NCBI GenBank assembly: GCA_964252035.1
Contig: OZ176200.1
Source: Podarcis erhardii
Lineage: Eukaryota
DNA: 64,000 bases
Direction: 5' to 3' (one strand)
In this document: piece by piece, positions 12,151-23,612 of the stretch
How positions within the stretch are numbered: the first letter of the stretch is position 1
Layout of the letters: each line of letters begins with the position of its first letter
The notes under the pieces: generated by a model
Databases searched by the model: none
Told to the model about the DNA's origin: nothing
Seen by the model: the letters and a program-made list of their open reading frames with translations, nothing else
Position numbers and translations under genes: made by a program

Positions 12151-14368
12151 GATAGGCAATCCTAATTCACATCTTAGGCTCAAACTATGCTTCACATTTT
12201 TAAGTTCTGACAAACTGACGCCCAAAAGCGCAGATGGCATAAGATTTTTTTTATTGCTTTTAGGCAGATGTTACTCTTTCTCCCAAAAAGAAAGATATAT
12301 ACTGTATATGTTAGGGTTGTGTGTGGCCCCCTCTGATCTGGGGCCCAAACCAGGACTTCCAGCCACTTTTGCCCTCTCATTTTTGGTGAATAGCAGCAAT
12401 GCATGGCTTTGAGAAGCCAGGTAAGCAATGTTGCCCTCTACAACCACCCTGCCAGCTGCTACTGCACATGCAAGATAAAGTGGGCTTAATTGTTAAGAAG
12501 AATACATACAAGCCGTCCCTACTCCCCCCCCCCCGACTCGCATTCAAGAAGATCCAGTGCTTTATTATTGCAGGTTTCTTCCCTTCCTCCACATCAGCAC
12601 TGTTCATGGAAGCTTTCAAAACATTATATTCTCATTATTTATGCCTGTGATTAAAACGCACTTGACATTACTGGAGCACTACAAGATTGAAAGCATGCTG
12701 TATAAATTTTCCCCAACTAATTAGCATTAGGAGCATTCAGGAGGTTTGGTGACACACTTGAGAGAAAAATAACTAAAATGAAATCTTCATCTAGTTACAC
12801 TCTTGCAGAGCTGTCTTGTGGTGGTGGTGGTAAATCTGTGATGGAGCTAACATCACTTCTGAAGCTCTGCCAGCTCACTATGGCCAGGATGGAAGAGAGC
12901 TGAGTTCTGTTCTTCCTTCTTTCTTTCCCCGCCTCCTTCCATTGTAGTTAAAGGGAGAGATTGAACTAAGCCAAATACACGTGTTTGTCGCTATTACTTC
13001 TTACTGTATGTTTGTCTTTCATACAGAATGAAACAGAATAAAACTGAATAAAAATAAAGTGCTTTTCTTAAATGTGTATAAGGACTCAGCTATACAGCTG
13101 CAAATAAAACGTTTTAAGTGTGTTTTAAGTGCAATATCCAATGTGACACTAGATGTGATGGTGAGCCTTATGGAAAATTCAATGTATTTTTAAAAAAGCT
13201 TTTTTAAAAAAAGCATTTTCAGAACATTTATACATATGTAGATTCCACCCAAGTCTGCCTAATGAAATTCCTTCCTTCCCATTAGGGAGGCTGTTCTAAA
13301 AATGCCCACCTCAGGATTTCACAGATGGCCAATGAAAGTGGATTTATGAAACCTTCAATGTTTTTGTAGAAGAAATATGCTCTAGTAATTCCAGATTCAA
13401 AACCAGCCTGCAGAGAGCCCCTCTGGAGCTCAGTAAAACCCTGTGAGAAATTCTTTGGTGAATATTTTTTATGTCACATCATTTCAAGGAAGCTTTCCTT
13501 ATAAGTTTCCAGCTCATCCCAACTTTATTGTTAGTCATGGAAATTAAACTATTCAGTTTTATATTGAATAATCAATACTTTAAATTACTCCTTCCTCCTC
13601 TTGAGCTTTGAATAGTTTCAAATTATGATTATTATTTTTTTAAAAAACCTCTCTCACAGGAAATAGCATCGACTCTTAGTGGGAACCGAAGGAATTGGAA
13701 TCTGAAGGGATACTTTCCTAAAAGTTATGCTCATTAGCAGACACAGCTTATACAAAAGGTCTGCTGAATCAGATGTGGAAAGTGCCACAATGGAAACAGG
13801 ATGTCAGCAGCTACAAATGAAAGCCTGTACAGGCACCGAACCTATGAAGCTCCTTCAAGTTTAGTGTGGTTTATATGTATTCCTTATCCATTTGGCAGGG
13901 TTCCTCCCTCCCCCCACCTCCCATAGCTCAGATATGATAATTTATTGCATCTGTTCCTTGCCAAAAGAAAACCAGGCCAGTCCATACAAGTCCACATGGC
14001 AAGTGGCCTGTGTAACAGTCCCTTCCTCTCCCAATTTGCAGGCCCTGCCTCTTAGGGCTGAAATTTTCAGCGGTTCAGGGAATCAATGGTGTCAAATGTG
14101 CCCCGGAACTTCTTTGTCTTATAATTGCACCCCATAAACTGCATACTGTGAGTTTGCTGTTCAGCAATCCCATGTTTCTCATTGGTTTTGAGATAGTAGA
14201 TGAAGCTAGTGTCTTCATGGTCACCACAATAAAATAAAGGTGATTCCAGATAACCTGTTTATTGAACATTTGTCCTGATTTGTTTGCTGGGAGGTTAAAT
14301 GGCATTGTGTTAAAGCAAATGTTATCATGCAACTTTCCAATGCATCTACCCATCACTTTCCTTATTGC

Positions 14369-14392
14369 AATAATAATAATAATAATAATAAT
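14369..14392. repeat. (AAT)8 microsatellite
   Basis: Read directly from the sequence. Confidence 0.95.
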
Positions 14393-14941
14393 ATCCAATA
14401 TTTTGGCGAAGTGGGCATGTTTTGCAAGACATCCCAACTATTATTGTGCAATATGAATTTGCCAGCATGTCACTGAATTCCACTCGGAAACAGCAACAGC
14501 CTGGAAGTGTCCTAAATGCCTCCTCTAATAACGGCAAACTGCTTATGTTGATAAGGGCTACAAATCTGTTATTTGAAAGCTGGTGGAGCTGTTGAAATAA
14601 CGAGTCTTTGCTTCAGCTTTATTTTGATGAGGAAAGGAATCTAGAAATTGGTTAAAGAATCCTCAAGGATTAGAAATTAAAAGAACAGTGTTAAACCATG
14701 TTACTGATTTGAGGAAGGAAGCAGAGGGAAACGGTCAAAAAAACTGTGTGGTTTCCCAAAAGTGCGAAAAACAAGAAGCCATAAATGAAAGGAAGAATGA
14801 GTCATACGTTAATCACTGGAGATAGAATTCCTAAAGTAAGTGTGTAACAAGAGTAGTGAAGAAGTGTCTCAAGAGTAGCTTGCAACCTGAGAAAGATACA
14901 TGCAGCAAAACGCATTCAAAACAGTTTCAGTGCCGTTTTTA

Positions 14942-15133
14942 GGGTTTATATATACTACACCATAAAAGCACATTCAAAGCACATTCTGGCCCTCAAAGAA
15001 TTCTGGGCACACCAGTATATGAAGGGTTGCTGGGAATTCTAACTCTGTGAGGGATAAACTACAGTGCCCAGAATTATTTGAGGAGAAAATTGTGCTTCAA
15101 ATATGTTTTAAGGGTATAGTGTGTATGGGCACC
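14942..15133. mobile_element. Palindromic MITE
   Basis: tacaccataaaagcacattcaaagcacatt ... aattgtgcttcaaatatgttttaagggtatagtgtgta inverted arms with an inner caaagaattctgggcac/gtgcccagaattatttg pair. Confidence 0.6.
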
Positions 15134-15188
15134 TGCTTTCAACAGTCCAAAAGTACAATATTTTCTTTAGAGCCTGAAAGCGTGATTA

Positions 15189-15335
15189 CAGTGGTACCTC
15201 GTGTTATGGACCGGATCTGTTCCGGATCAGCAACTCGAAGTGCTGCATCTGCGCAGGTGCGAGTGACAAAACCTGGAAGTAACCCGTAACGTGAAAAGAC
15301 GCAACAAAAAGTGGATTCAACACAACGTATGACTT
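15189..15335. mobile_element. Tigger-like MITE
   Basis: TA|cagtggtacctcg start; degenerate cgtatgactt|TA end. Confidence 0.6.
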
Positions 15336-15354
15336 TATAAGCCTGCTGAACTTT

Positions 15355-15955
15355 CCAAACGATGATTTGGCCCCCGAGTCTGGTTCACAAGCTCCAGCTG
15401 GTACAGAATGCTGCAGTCAGATTGCTGATGGAAGCTTCTGGTCGAGAACATGTGACATCACTGTCAAAGCATTTCCATGGGCTGCCCATCTACTACCAAG
15501 CCAGGTTCAATGTATTTTCATTAATTTACAAGAGCCCTGAGCAACTTAGGTCCAGGAAAACTCAGGGATTGCCTGAACCTTTCTATGTCATCTCTATCAC
15601 CCTTGAGATAACCTGTAGGAGCGTCTCTGGTCTTTCTCCAGTTGGGGTGACTCCTTTGATGACTAGGAGAAACAGAGCTTTTAGTGTTCTTGACCCAGTC
15701 CTGTGGGGCATCCGGCCAAGAGAGATTCAGCAGGCCTCTTCTGTGCCAACTTTTAAACACCGCCTCACAACTTTTCTATTCTGGGCAGGGAATTAGAGTA
15801 TACCACACACAATGGCCTATTGGTGTTTGTTTTCAATTCTTTTGCTTTTAACTTTTTATTATTTTACTGCATGTTTTTATGTTTATATATTGCTGTAGAC
15901 CGCTGTGATATATTTCTAATGATACAGGTGCATGTAAATATTTTTATAATTAATG
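15355..15955 (+). mobile_element. L2 LINE 3' fragment (ORF2 C-terminus and tail)
   Basis: ORF 15362-15796 contains KLQLVQNAAVRLL..REHVT..HGLPI..ARF, the L2 ORF2 end motif; an AT-rich L2 tail follows. Confidence 0.85.
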
Positions 15956-16028
15956 TGAAATACTTTTGCTTCTAGAAAATAAGCTGCCCCACCCTGAAAA
16001 CTCACGTTAGACACTCTTCGCTCTAATA

Positions 16029-16260
16029 GAGAGCCAATGTAGTGTCGGGGTTAGAGTCCTGGACTAGAGCTTGGGAGGAGCAGGAATAAATCTCCTCGGC
16101 CAGAAAGCTCACTGGGTGAGCTTGGGCCAGTCGCTGTCTCTCAGCCTATCCTACCTCACAAGGTTGTGATTAGGATAAAATGGGGAAAGGGGAGAATTAT
16201 ATATGCCACTGTGAACTCCTTGGAAGAAAGGTGGAATGGAAATGTGTTTATTATTATTTA
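16029..16260 (+). mobile_element. Old Squam3-like SINE
   Basis: gagagccaatgtagtgtcggggttagagt head, gctcactgggtgagcttgggccagtc ... ctacctcacaaggttgtg core and an L2-type tail. Confidence 0.7.
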
Positions 16261-19193
16261 AAATGCATCCTCTTGATGTTAAATACAACTTCTTGCAGCA
16301 TAAACCTGTCTTGAGATTTCAGACTGATGGGGGTCCTTTTCACAGAAATATGCACCTGAATGTACACTGGACAGTTTGTGAGATCTGTTCCTCACCCCAG
16401 GCCCTATCACAATTAAGGTTTTGTGCTGCAATCCTTGTATTTTTCTCTCAGGTTATCCTACAGCGCCCTTCACCTTAGCTATTTCCCTGGGATTCCTCCT
16501 CCACCCTCACTTCTCCCAGACTTCCCCACCAACGATTCACCCGTTCTTACTACCCTGTGTCTTGGTCATTTCCCCCTAACACTGCACAGTCCTAACTTCA
16601 TTCGAATCTCACGCATATGGTGTTTTCTTCCTTCTTCTGTTTAGCATTTGTCATGGGGTAATGGAGTGTGAAGGTGCGCAGGTGTCTATGCGATACGGCT
16701 CAAAAAGAAAAAGAAGAAATAAAGCTCATAGTCCTGAGAGGAGGAAGCACCTGCGGAGAGGAAATGCATCAAGAGGAAACTGACAGTCAAACCAAAGCAA
16801 AAGAAAATGGGAAGAAGGAAAGCTCAAGGGTGTTACTGCAGACATAAACAAAGTGCCAGGGAAATTCCCCCAACCCACCCCGCTCGCCTTCTTTTTGCTG
16901 GTCTCATATTGTGGTTGGAGGAGCAGCCAGAGCAGCCTTAACTGAAGTCACATGAACACTTATTGGGTAAGTAATGTGTCTTAAGTGATTACTTTGAATT
17001 GCCTCTCTTTAACTGGTGTTGCTTCCTTACTTGGTGGGCCATTGTTTAGATAATGTGGCTGTAAGTAATAAGTAACTCTCACTGTGTGCAATGGGGTTTA
17101 CTCCCTGGTTTGTGTTTACAATTACAGCCTTCAGAGTTTGTGCCATATTTTCAGAGAGCCCAGGCATGGTGAACAGTGAGCACTTAGAGAACCCCTGAAA
17201 TTGACCAGGGATGCTCACATGAAAGGACTGCTGCTTCAGTAGCCAAGCCTTGACTACAGCAGCAGTAGAGGAAGAGTTGCACCACAATCCATTTAACCAG
17301 CAGAAAAGGCAGCTGCAGAGAGTGCCTGTGGCAGATGACCCTTCCTCCGAAAAGCAAAGTGTGGTCAAAATTAAAAGGTTCAGGAACCCAGACCAGACCA
17401 AATTTCATAAAATCATACATAAACTTTACTAAAAAAATCTCTACAAAAGTGAAAAACTCCAAATAATTACACAGATTAAAATAACTCAGAAGGTAAGAAA
17501 ACAACAAACACTAATTAATCCAGCTAAATAACACAAAAACTTACACTTAAATCTCAGTAGGCTGAGCAGCGGAAAAAGATGCTGTCAAAAGCCCAAATAG
17601 ATGCTGGGTGGCTGGCTGCCGAGAGCTCCCACCAATCCAGGTTATATGGGAACTTAGACCACGTGTGTTCACCACTTCCACCCAATTTCCTTGTGACACC
17701 GGCCTTGAAGTCTTAACAGGAGACTGTTGTATGTGATCTCTTTATTTCTGAGGTTCTAACCCATTCCCATAAACCAGTCTTAAAGGGGTGGTATCAGCTA
17801 GGTAGTGTCTGTGGTATCACTTGAATTCTGAAATCCTTGCCTTGCCTCATCTTTGACCTACTTTGTCCTGCCTTCCTTTGCCTGCCCAAACGTGAACTCT
17901 TACCTTGGGTCAGAATCCCTTTGCTGCAGAAGCAGTGGTTCAAAGCAGAAGAACCCCATGCTGCTGCCTATGAAGCTCAGGCCTAAGATGTGCTACAATT
18001 CTCTTGCTTTCATGACAAGTTAGGAACCCAGACGGAACTTATTCGCTGCTGTTTTCTTTCTACAAAGTTTACATTTCTCTTTTGTAAATTATGCATTTTA
18101 CAGCAAACTCCTTCTCTGGCTCCCCATTTCACACAGTATTCAGCTCCACAACCCAGCGTTTCATGTCCTATGCAAACAAATACCCTTAAACTCATGTAAA
18201 TGCAGGGGAAGGAGAAAATATCATTAACTTACGAAAGCATGGAAAATTGTTTGTGCTTGCAAGACAAAATAGTAATGCCTGTATAAAGCTTGGAAGCTCT
18301 TGAGTCCTGTATCCTATCATTTTTGAATGACTACAAAGGGAAGAACATGACAAGGATGTTTCTGCAACCCCCACCCCAGAAGTGATCAGACACGGCATTC
18401 AGTTAGGAAAGTGGAAAGCTCATCTATAACTCTGGAGGGATATTGTTGCATGCCACTCCAATCTCCAAGCGGTGTTCCAGGCACCCAGGGTTTGTGTTTC
18501 CTTTGAGAATGTAATATATGGTTTATTTACACACACATATATAACTTGAGCCTGCAGTGGAGGGGTTCACAGCATTAACACCCCCAAAGGGTCTTGTTTC
18601 TCCCATAGCCACAGCCTTGGGTTAAAAAAGAAATCAGTCATTGCTCTCTCTCTTTGCCTGGCCAGCCTGCAGCTTTTCTTCCAGCTTCTGGCTCACATAA
18701 CTCAACTCTCCACTCTGGTCTTTTGTCTTTCTAGCTGAGAAACAGTTGAGGGAGGGAGGTCCACACATTTGACATCTGGCACAGAGCCACTTCCTTTGTT
18801 ACCTTAAAGACCCATACCTAGCAGGCTGGCCTGGCTATTCCAGAAATTGATCTAGGAATTAGAATAGGGATGGGGGGTAGGCTGTATGCCCCAAATTCAT
18901 AACAATGTCTTCAAAAAGCATATTTAGATATTCAACTAAAATAAAACAACTTTTTAGTTGTTTCTATAAAATGCATTTTTCCCCTGGAGATGAAAGGAGG
19001 GGAAAGGAATGAGAAGCTCTACTTTGGATTTTCACTGCCTTTGATACCATCTTTCATCCCATCCCCTAATACAACTGCCATTATAAAGATACTCCACCCC
19101 CATTAAAAAAAACCTATTATGCAGACACTTATGACAGATATGAAAATAATTTGTTCAAGGAAAAAGGATTCTAACCTTCTATTTCTAGGTAGC

Positions 19194-19869
19194 TTCTTTG
19201 GCGATCACTCATAGCCAAGTAAAATCGTCTTCCATGAACACGGTCTTAACAGTGAGTCTGTACGTGACTGTGGAGGCCAATTCTGGAGCCATGCATCCTT
19301 CCACAGTGGGGACATAGGTTTCCGGGCAGGAGTTGATCAAGGTGAAGGTTTGCTAAACATGCCTTCCTCTTAGCGTGTTTCTTCCTTGTGTCCTGAGTTC
19401 AAGCATCTTCAAAGTCCTTCAGTAAAGGTCTTTCTTCAGTTGGAGAACTGCAAGCCAATGTTTCCCAATTGTTGGTGTTTATCCTACTTTTTTTAGATTT
19501 ACCTTGAGAGAGTCTTTAAACCTCTTTTGTTGACCACCAGCATTACGCTTTCCATTTTTAAGTTCGGAATAGAGTAGTTGCTTTGGAAGATGATAATCAG
19601 CCATCTGAACAACACGAATAGTCCAAAATAGATGCTGAAGAATCATTGCTTTGACACTGGTGATCTTTGCTTCTTCCAGTACACTGGAATTAGTTCACCT
19701 GTCTTCCCAAGTGATGTGTAAAATTCTTCGGAGACACCGTTGATGCAACCCTTTGACCTTACCACCTTGGGTGACCCTGCTGGGAGTATGAGATTCCTGA
19801 TAGCTTCGTTCACAAGGGTCATAGGAACATGCAAGCCCACTCACCATGACAAGGTGATGATCCAGCGAG
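19194..19869 (-). mobile_element. RTE-clade LINE, internally deleted: 5' terminus (19749-19869) fused to the ORF C-terminus and 3' end (19194-19748)
   Basis: The minus strand encodes HQRCLRRILHITWEDR, LPKQLLYSELKNGKRNAGGQQKRFKDSLK and CPHCGRxxGSRIGLHSHxxTH* (stop at 19246-19248). The 5' block caccttgtcatggtgagtgggcttgc...cagggtcacccaagg resembles RTE/BovB 5' ends. Flanked by tatttctaggtagc and tatgtctccaggtagc. Confidence 0.85.
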
Positions 19870-20729
19870 TATGTCTCCAGGTAGCATGGTAGATAGGGCT
19901 GGACCAGTGAGTTGCAAGGACCAACCACTATTCTGCCTTTTGCTACCTCCCTCTGCTGGCTGCTGCTAATGGGAGTTGCACTCCCAAACATTTAAAGGGC
20001 ACCAGGTTGTCAAAGGCTGCTCTACCTGTTCTCTTTGGGTCCAGCAGGCCAGCCAGAATGAGCAGAAGCTGCCACTGCCTGTACTTGGCTGGCCTCTGCC
20101 AATCTCTGTGCAGTGCAGAACTGGGCTTGCCTAGGCTTGTATTTAACAAGGGATGGGAACAATTCTGAAAGGCTTGTCGCCAAGTAAAAACATACCTGTT
20201 CTATAGGGCCTTTGGAGGAAATGAAGTCATGCAGCCTGCCTAACACTTTTGGGTTTTATTTCTGCACAGCTGTATTTTATTAATGACTTGTTTTAAGTTT
20301 CGTATTTCAATGTAATTCTATGTTGAATGTAATTTATCTCGGAAATTGCTCCAAGATCACTATGGGCAATCATGAAGAGTGGTCTACAAATACACTCATT
20401 GCCTGGTAGCAATAGGAATTATATTTAGGTGGGTGGGCTGTTGGTAGACGAAGCATGTTTGATTTCCATGTTGGCTGTGGAGGAAGGAAGCCTGTCCCCT
20501 CTGCTCAGCCCCCCCCCCACCTGCCAGTTGGTAATGGATTTTACAAGTCTGTGCTTGCCGCTATGCTCAGTGTCCATTACCGTGCCAAAAAAAGAGAGTG
20601 AGACACTTGCATTGTATACCCTCCTTCCCTCTGCCGGCTGAGCGCTCATGGACAGCTGAGCAACGTGGGACCAAATCTGCCCTTCATGTTGCCCAGGGCA
20701 GGATAATTCTGTGATCAGCCACAGTAAAG

Positions 20730-20808
20730 GTTTGTGAAGCCTAAAAGACTAAATTTTATCATGGCCTAAAAGCATTTGTCAACTAGAGCCCAGTTCATCA
20801 GATGAACT
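20730..20808. mobile_element. Penelope-like element terminal fragment with a decayed hammerhead core
   Basis: aaagactaaattttatcatggcctaaaagcatttgtcaactagagcccagttcatcagatg; the minus strand has CTGATGA (20795-20801). Confidence 0.6.
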
Positions 20809-20831
20809 ATAAATCTCACTTGGTAGTTTGC

Positions 20832-20876
<45 letters not shown>
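20832..20876. repeat. (TAA)15 microsatellite next to the assembly gap
   Basis: Read directly from the sequence. Confidence 0.97.
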
Positions 20877-20878
<2 letters not shown>

Positions 20879-20890
20879 TATTCTCTCTGT

Positions 20891-21097
20891 NNNNNNNNNN
20901 NNNNNNNNNNNNNNNNNNNNNNNNNNNNNNNNNNNNNNNNNNNNNNNNNNNNNNNNNNNNNNNNNNNNNNNNNNNNNNNNNNNNNNNNNNNNNNNNNNNN
21001 NNNNNNNNNNNNNNNNNNNNNNNNNNNNNNNNNNNNNNNNNNNNNNNNNNNNNNNNNNNNNNNNNNNNNNNNNNNNNNNNNNNNNNNNNNNNNNNNT
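20891..21097. other. Assembly gap (207 N)
   Basis: Run of n characters. Confidence 1.
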
Positions 21098-21345
21098 TGC
21101 GCCCAAAGGCAAGTTCCTATACAGTAATATGGAACTGGGTACGGACTCATACAGGCACCTACGTTCTTCCCTGAGCAGAACCGGAGCTTCCCTTGCAAGT
21201 ACCCGGATGGAGGCGTTCGGGTCGTTTTTTTAAAAAGTAAAAATATTATAATACTTTTCTTCTTCTTCTTCAAATAAGCCCTCCTACAGAACGGCGCAGC
21301 TCTTTTTGGGGGGAGGGGGGGAACCACACGCGCCAGTGCCCCGGG

Positions 21346-21360
21346 TGCGTCATGACGTCA
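21346..21360. promoter_or_regulatory. CRE/ATF site (TGACGTCA at 21353-21360) abutting a second half-site (TGCGTCA at 21346-21352)
   Basis: Sequence tgcgtcaTGACGTCA is a perfect 8-bp CRE inside the CpG island. Confidence 0.65.
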
Positions 21361-21379
21361 CACACACGCCGCGTCGCTC

Positions 21380-21395
21380 CCGGAAGTGAGGAAGC
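21380..21395 (+). promoter_or_regulatory. Tandem ETS/GABPA sites (CCGGAAGTG plus AGGAAG)
   Basis: ccggaagtgaggaagc, 20 bp downstream of the CRE; typical of a TATA-less housekeeping promoter. Confidence 0.6.
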
Positions 21396-22655
21396 GGCGG
21401 CGGCAGCAGTAATAGCAACAAGCAGCTGCCTACGGCCGCCGCCGCCGCCTCTGTGAGGGTTTCTCTCTCTCGCTTGCTCTCTCTCCCCCCCACCCCGTTT
21501 CCCTCCCCCCTCTTTTTCTTCCCTGTGTACGGGAGCCGAGAGGGGCCCCGCGCCCGTGCGCGAAGGTGGGCCGACCGGGCTCCTCGCTCTCGCTTCCCCA
21601 CCTGAGGGGTGGCCGAGGGGGAGGCTGGTGACGGGAGGAGAGAGAGAGAGAGGGGGGGGGGAAATGCGGCTCCGCCGCCAGCAGCTCTGCCCGGACGCGA
21701 CGCTTCCGCCACAGCCCCCTCCTCCGCCGTCTCCTCCTCCCTCCTCGCCCTCTTCCCCTCACGCCGTCGTCAGCGGGGGCCACGGACTAGCGGAGCCCCC
21801 TCTTCCAGTCCCGTCAGTATGAGGCCGGCCGAGACCCCCCGCCAGCGCCGAACTCCGGTAAAAGGATCCAGGGGGGGGGGATGATTCAGTCCGGGTCGGT
21901 TATGGGGCAGCCCTTCTCTCCTCTCTGTGGGCGGGGGCTGCACTGGCACTCGGGTAACACACTTCACACACTTGGCGCGCGCTCTCTCTCTCACACATAC
22001 ACACAATATGCACACACGCACTTCTCACGGGAGGCTCCTCTTACTTCCTCCCCATGAAATTGTTACTGATGATTTCCCCCCCCACCCCAAAAAGAGAGGT
22101 TGGTGCCCAAGAGAGGGGGGTGGGGGGGGGGAGCCCTCTTCTAAGCAGGGCCTCTCGCCTTGCCAACCCCTGGGATGTTTCTGCACCTTCTTTTCCGGAT
22201 ACTTTTTTTTTTTTTAGGAAATCCCAGATGCCTTTGCATATTTATACACTTTTCTTTTATCATATGCTTTCTGGTACACACACCTATATATCAAAGCTTC
22301 CTTCTGATGCAGCACTGTCATTTTATGTCTAATTCAAACCTCTTTGGAATGTGATTCGTTGGACAAGGGCTTTCTCTACTTGCTACTCTATGAGTCTTCC
22401 TCTCAATTTCTGCCTCTGTTTATCTCTCTTTCTCTCACCCCCCACCAACCTTCTTCCTGTGGTGTTTTGCTCTCCTCTTCATGTTTGTTCAGAAACTAAA
22501 TATCAGCAGGACTTACTCCCCCTGTAAGATTGCAGCCTTAGAGGCAGGGTCAAGATGTCATTGTAGGTGTTTCGTGGCCAACTTCCGCAGGGTTTTAATT
22601 ATAGGACAGTCCTAATCATTCTGTTGAAGAAGAGGAGTTGTGAAAAATACCCGGT

Positions 22656-22728
22656 GATCTTGTGACACCTTAAAGGCTAACAAATGTGCCTTAGCATAAT
22701 CTTTTGTGGTCTGAGAACATGTGTCAGA
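22656..22728. mobile_element. Old Penelope-like terminal fragment
   Basis: gatcttgtgacaccttaaaggctaacaaat ... gcataatcttttgtgg, same motif family as 20730. Confidence 0.5.
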
Positions 22729-22828
22729 AAAATCTAGACCCCAGGTGCTGCAAGAGTCTCATTGGTTAAGGAGTTGAGGCCTACAGATCTCACAGACGAC
22801 TCCCCCCAAAATCCACACTTTGACAATG

Positions 22829-22968
22829 CCTTTATTGGGACCAACCATAATGTTACAAGTGTGACAAGTTTTTGAGTTCTCCAGAGCTTGTCATCAGGCA
22901 GGATGTTCTGTAGAACTCAAAAACGTGTCATGTTTCTGTGAAATTTTGGTTCGTCTCAAAAAAGGTAC
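22829..22968. mobile_element. Penelope-like inverted pLTR pair
   Basis: The reverse complement of the left arm (cctgatgacaagctctggagaactcaaaaacttgtcac) matches the right arm (ttctgtagaactcaaaaacgtgtcat); contains a hammerhead-like CTGATGA. Confidence 0.7.
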
Positions 22969-23559
22969 TGCCCAAATGTGGATTTTGAAGGTTTTTTCTT
23001 ATATTATTTGAAGGCATATGCTACAGTATGTCAGTCTTGAAGGTGCTTTAGGATTATTTGTTCTTTTATATCTTGCCATTCTCCATTCTTGGTACAATAT
23101 TGGCAGGTATTCTTGGATTTACCAAGGTATTTTGCTGTGAATTTTTACCCACACATTATTTCAAATCCTGACTTGTTATAAATTTAAATTCACATTGGTC
23201 TCTGGTGTTAATTTTTTGCATTTGTTTCTTTTGATGACCAGCCTTCACTTGACCATCCTGTATTTCAGATGGACATATTTAACTAGTCACTGTGTTTTGA
23301 CTATGTGTTTTTAAAGGGGAAGTCCTTTAGAATATTGCCTGATACAGTTTCCTTATCATAATTTGAGCGCATGCATCCATTTTTGAAGGAAGCTCCCCTT
23401 GAAAATGTATGCGGGCAAAGAAGACTTTTTCCCCATTTGAGGCCTTGGAGAAATCTCCAGTCTCAAAGTACAGTACTACACACACCAGCCTAGTTTATTC
23501 TTCCATAAAGTACTATTGATGTTCTTCTCAATGATATGGTAGATACACTGTTGCTCTGG

Positions 23560-23562
<3 letters not shown>

Positions 23563-23606
<44 letters not shown>
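23563..23606. repeat. (TC)22 microsatellite followed by a C-run
   Basis: Read directly from the sequence. Confidence 0.97.

Positions 23607-23612
<6 letters not shown>

Larger units (their letters stand above)
21280..21990 (+). promoter_or_regulatory. CpG island: SPOPL promoter and exon 1
   Basis: Abrupt rise in GC and CpG density with GCC/GCG runs in a window that is otherwise CpG-depleted; located upstream of the first coding exon. Confidence 0.85.

Noticed and set aside
12134-12161. 14-bp tandem duplication (ctggataggcaatc twice); similar short duplication at 55021-55050
   Set aside because: These are ordinary slippage duplications in intergenic or repeat DNA with no evident consequence.
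1-20700. Exons of an upstream gene (HNMT in recalled human synteny) or of NXPH2 downstream of 53.5 kb
   Set aside because: No ORF or exon-like segment translates to a methyltransferase or neurexophilin sequence; ORFs of 60-140 aa there are repeat-derived or random.
20779-21327. 182-aa and overlapping ORFs
   Set aside because: They are open only because they run through the N gap and the (TAA)15 repeat.
21350-22217. Several 70-120 aa ORFs on both strands in the CpG island
   Set aside because: These are low-complexity Ala/Arg/Gly/Pro translations expected from GC-rich DNA with few stops; no domain is recognisable. An ATG at 21664 could be a uORF only if exon 1 extends that far, which I cannot determine.
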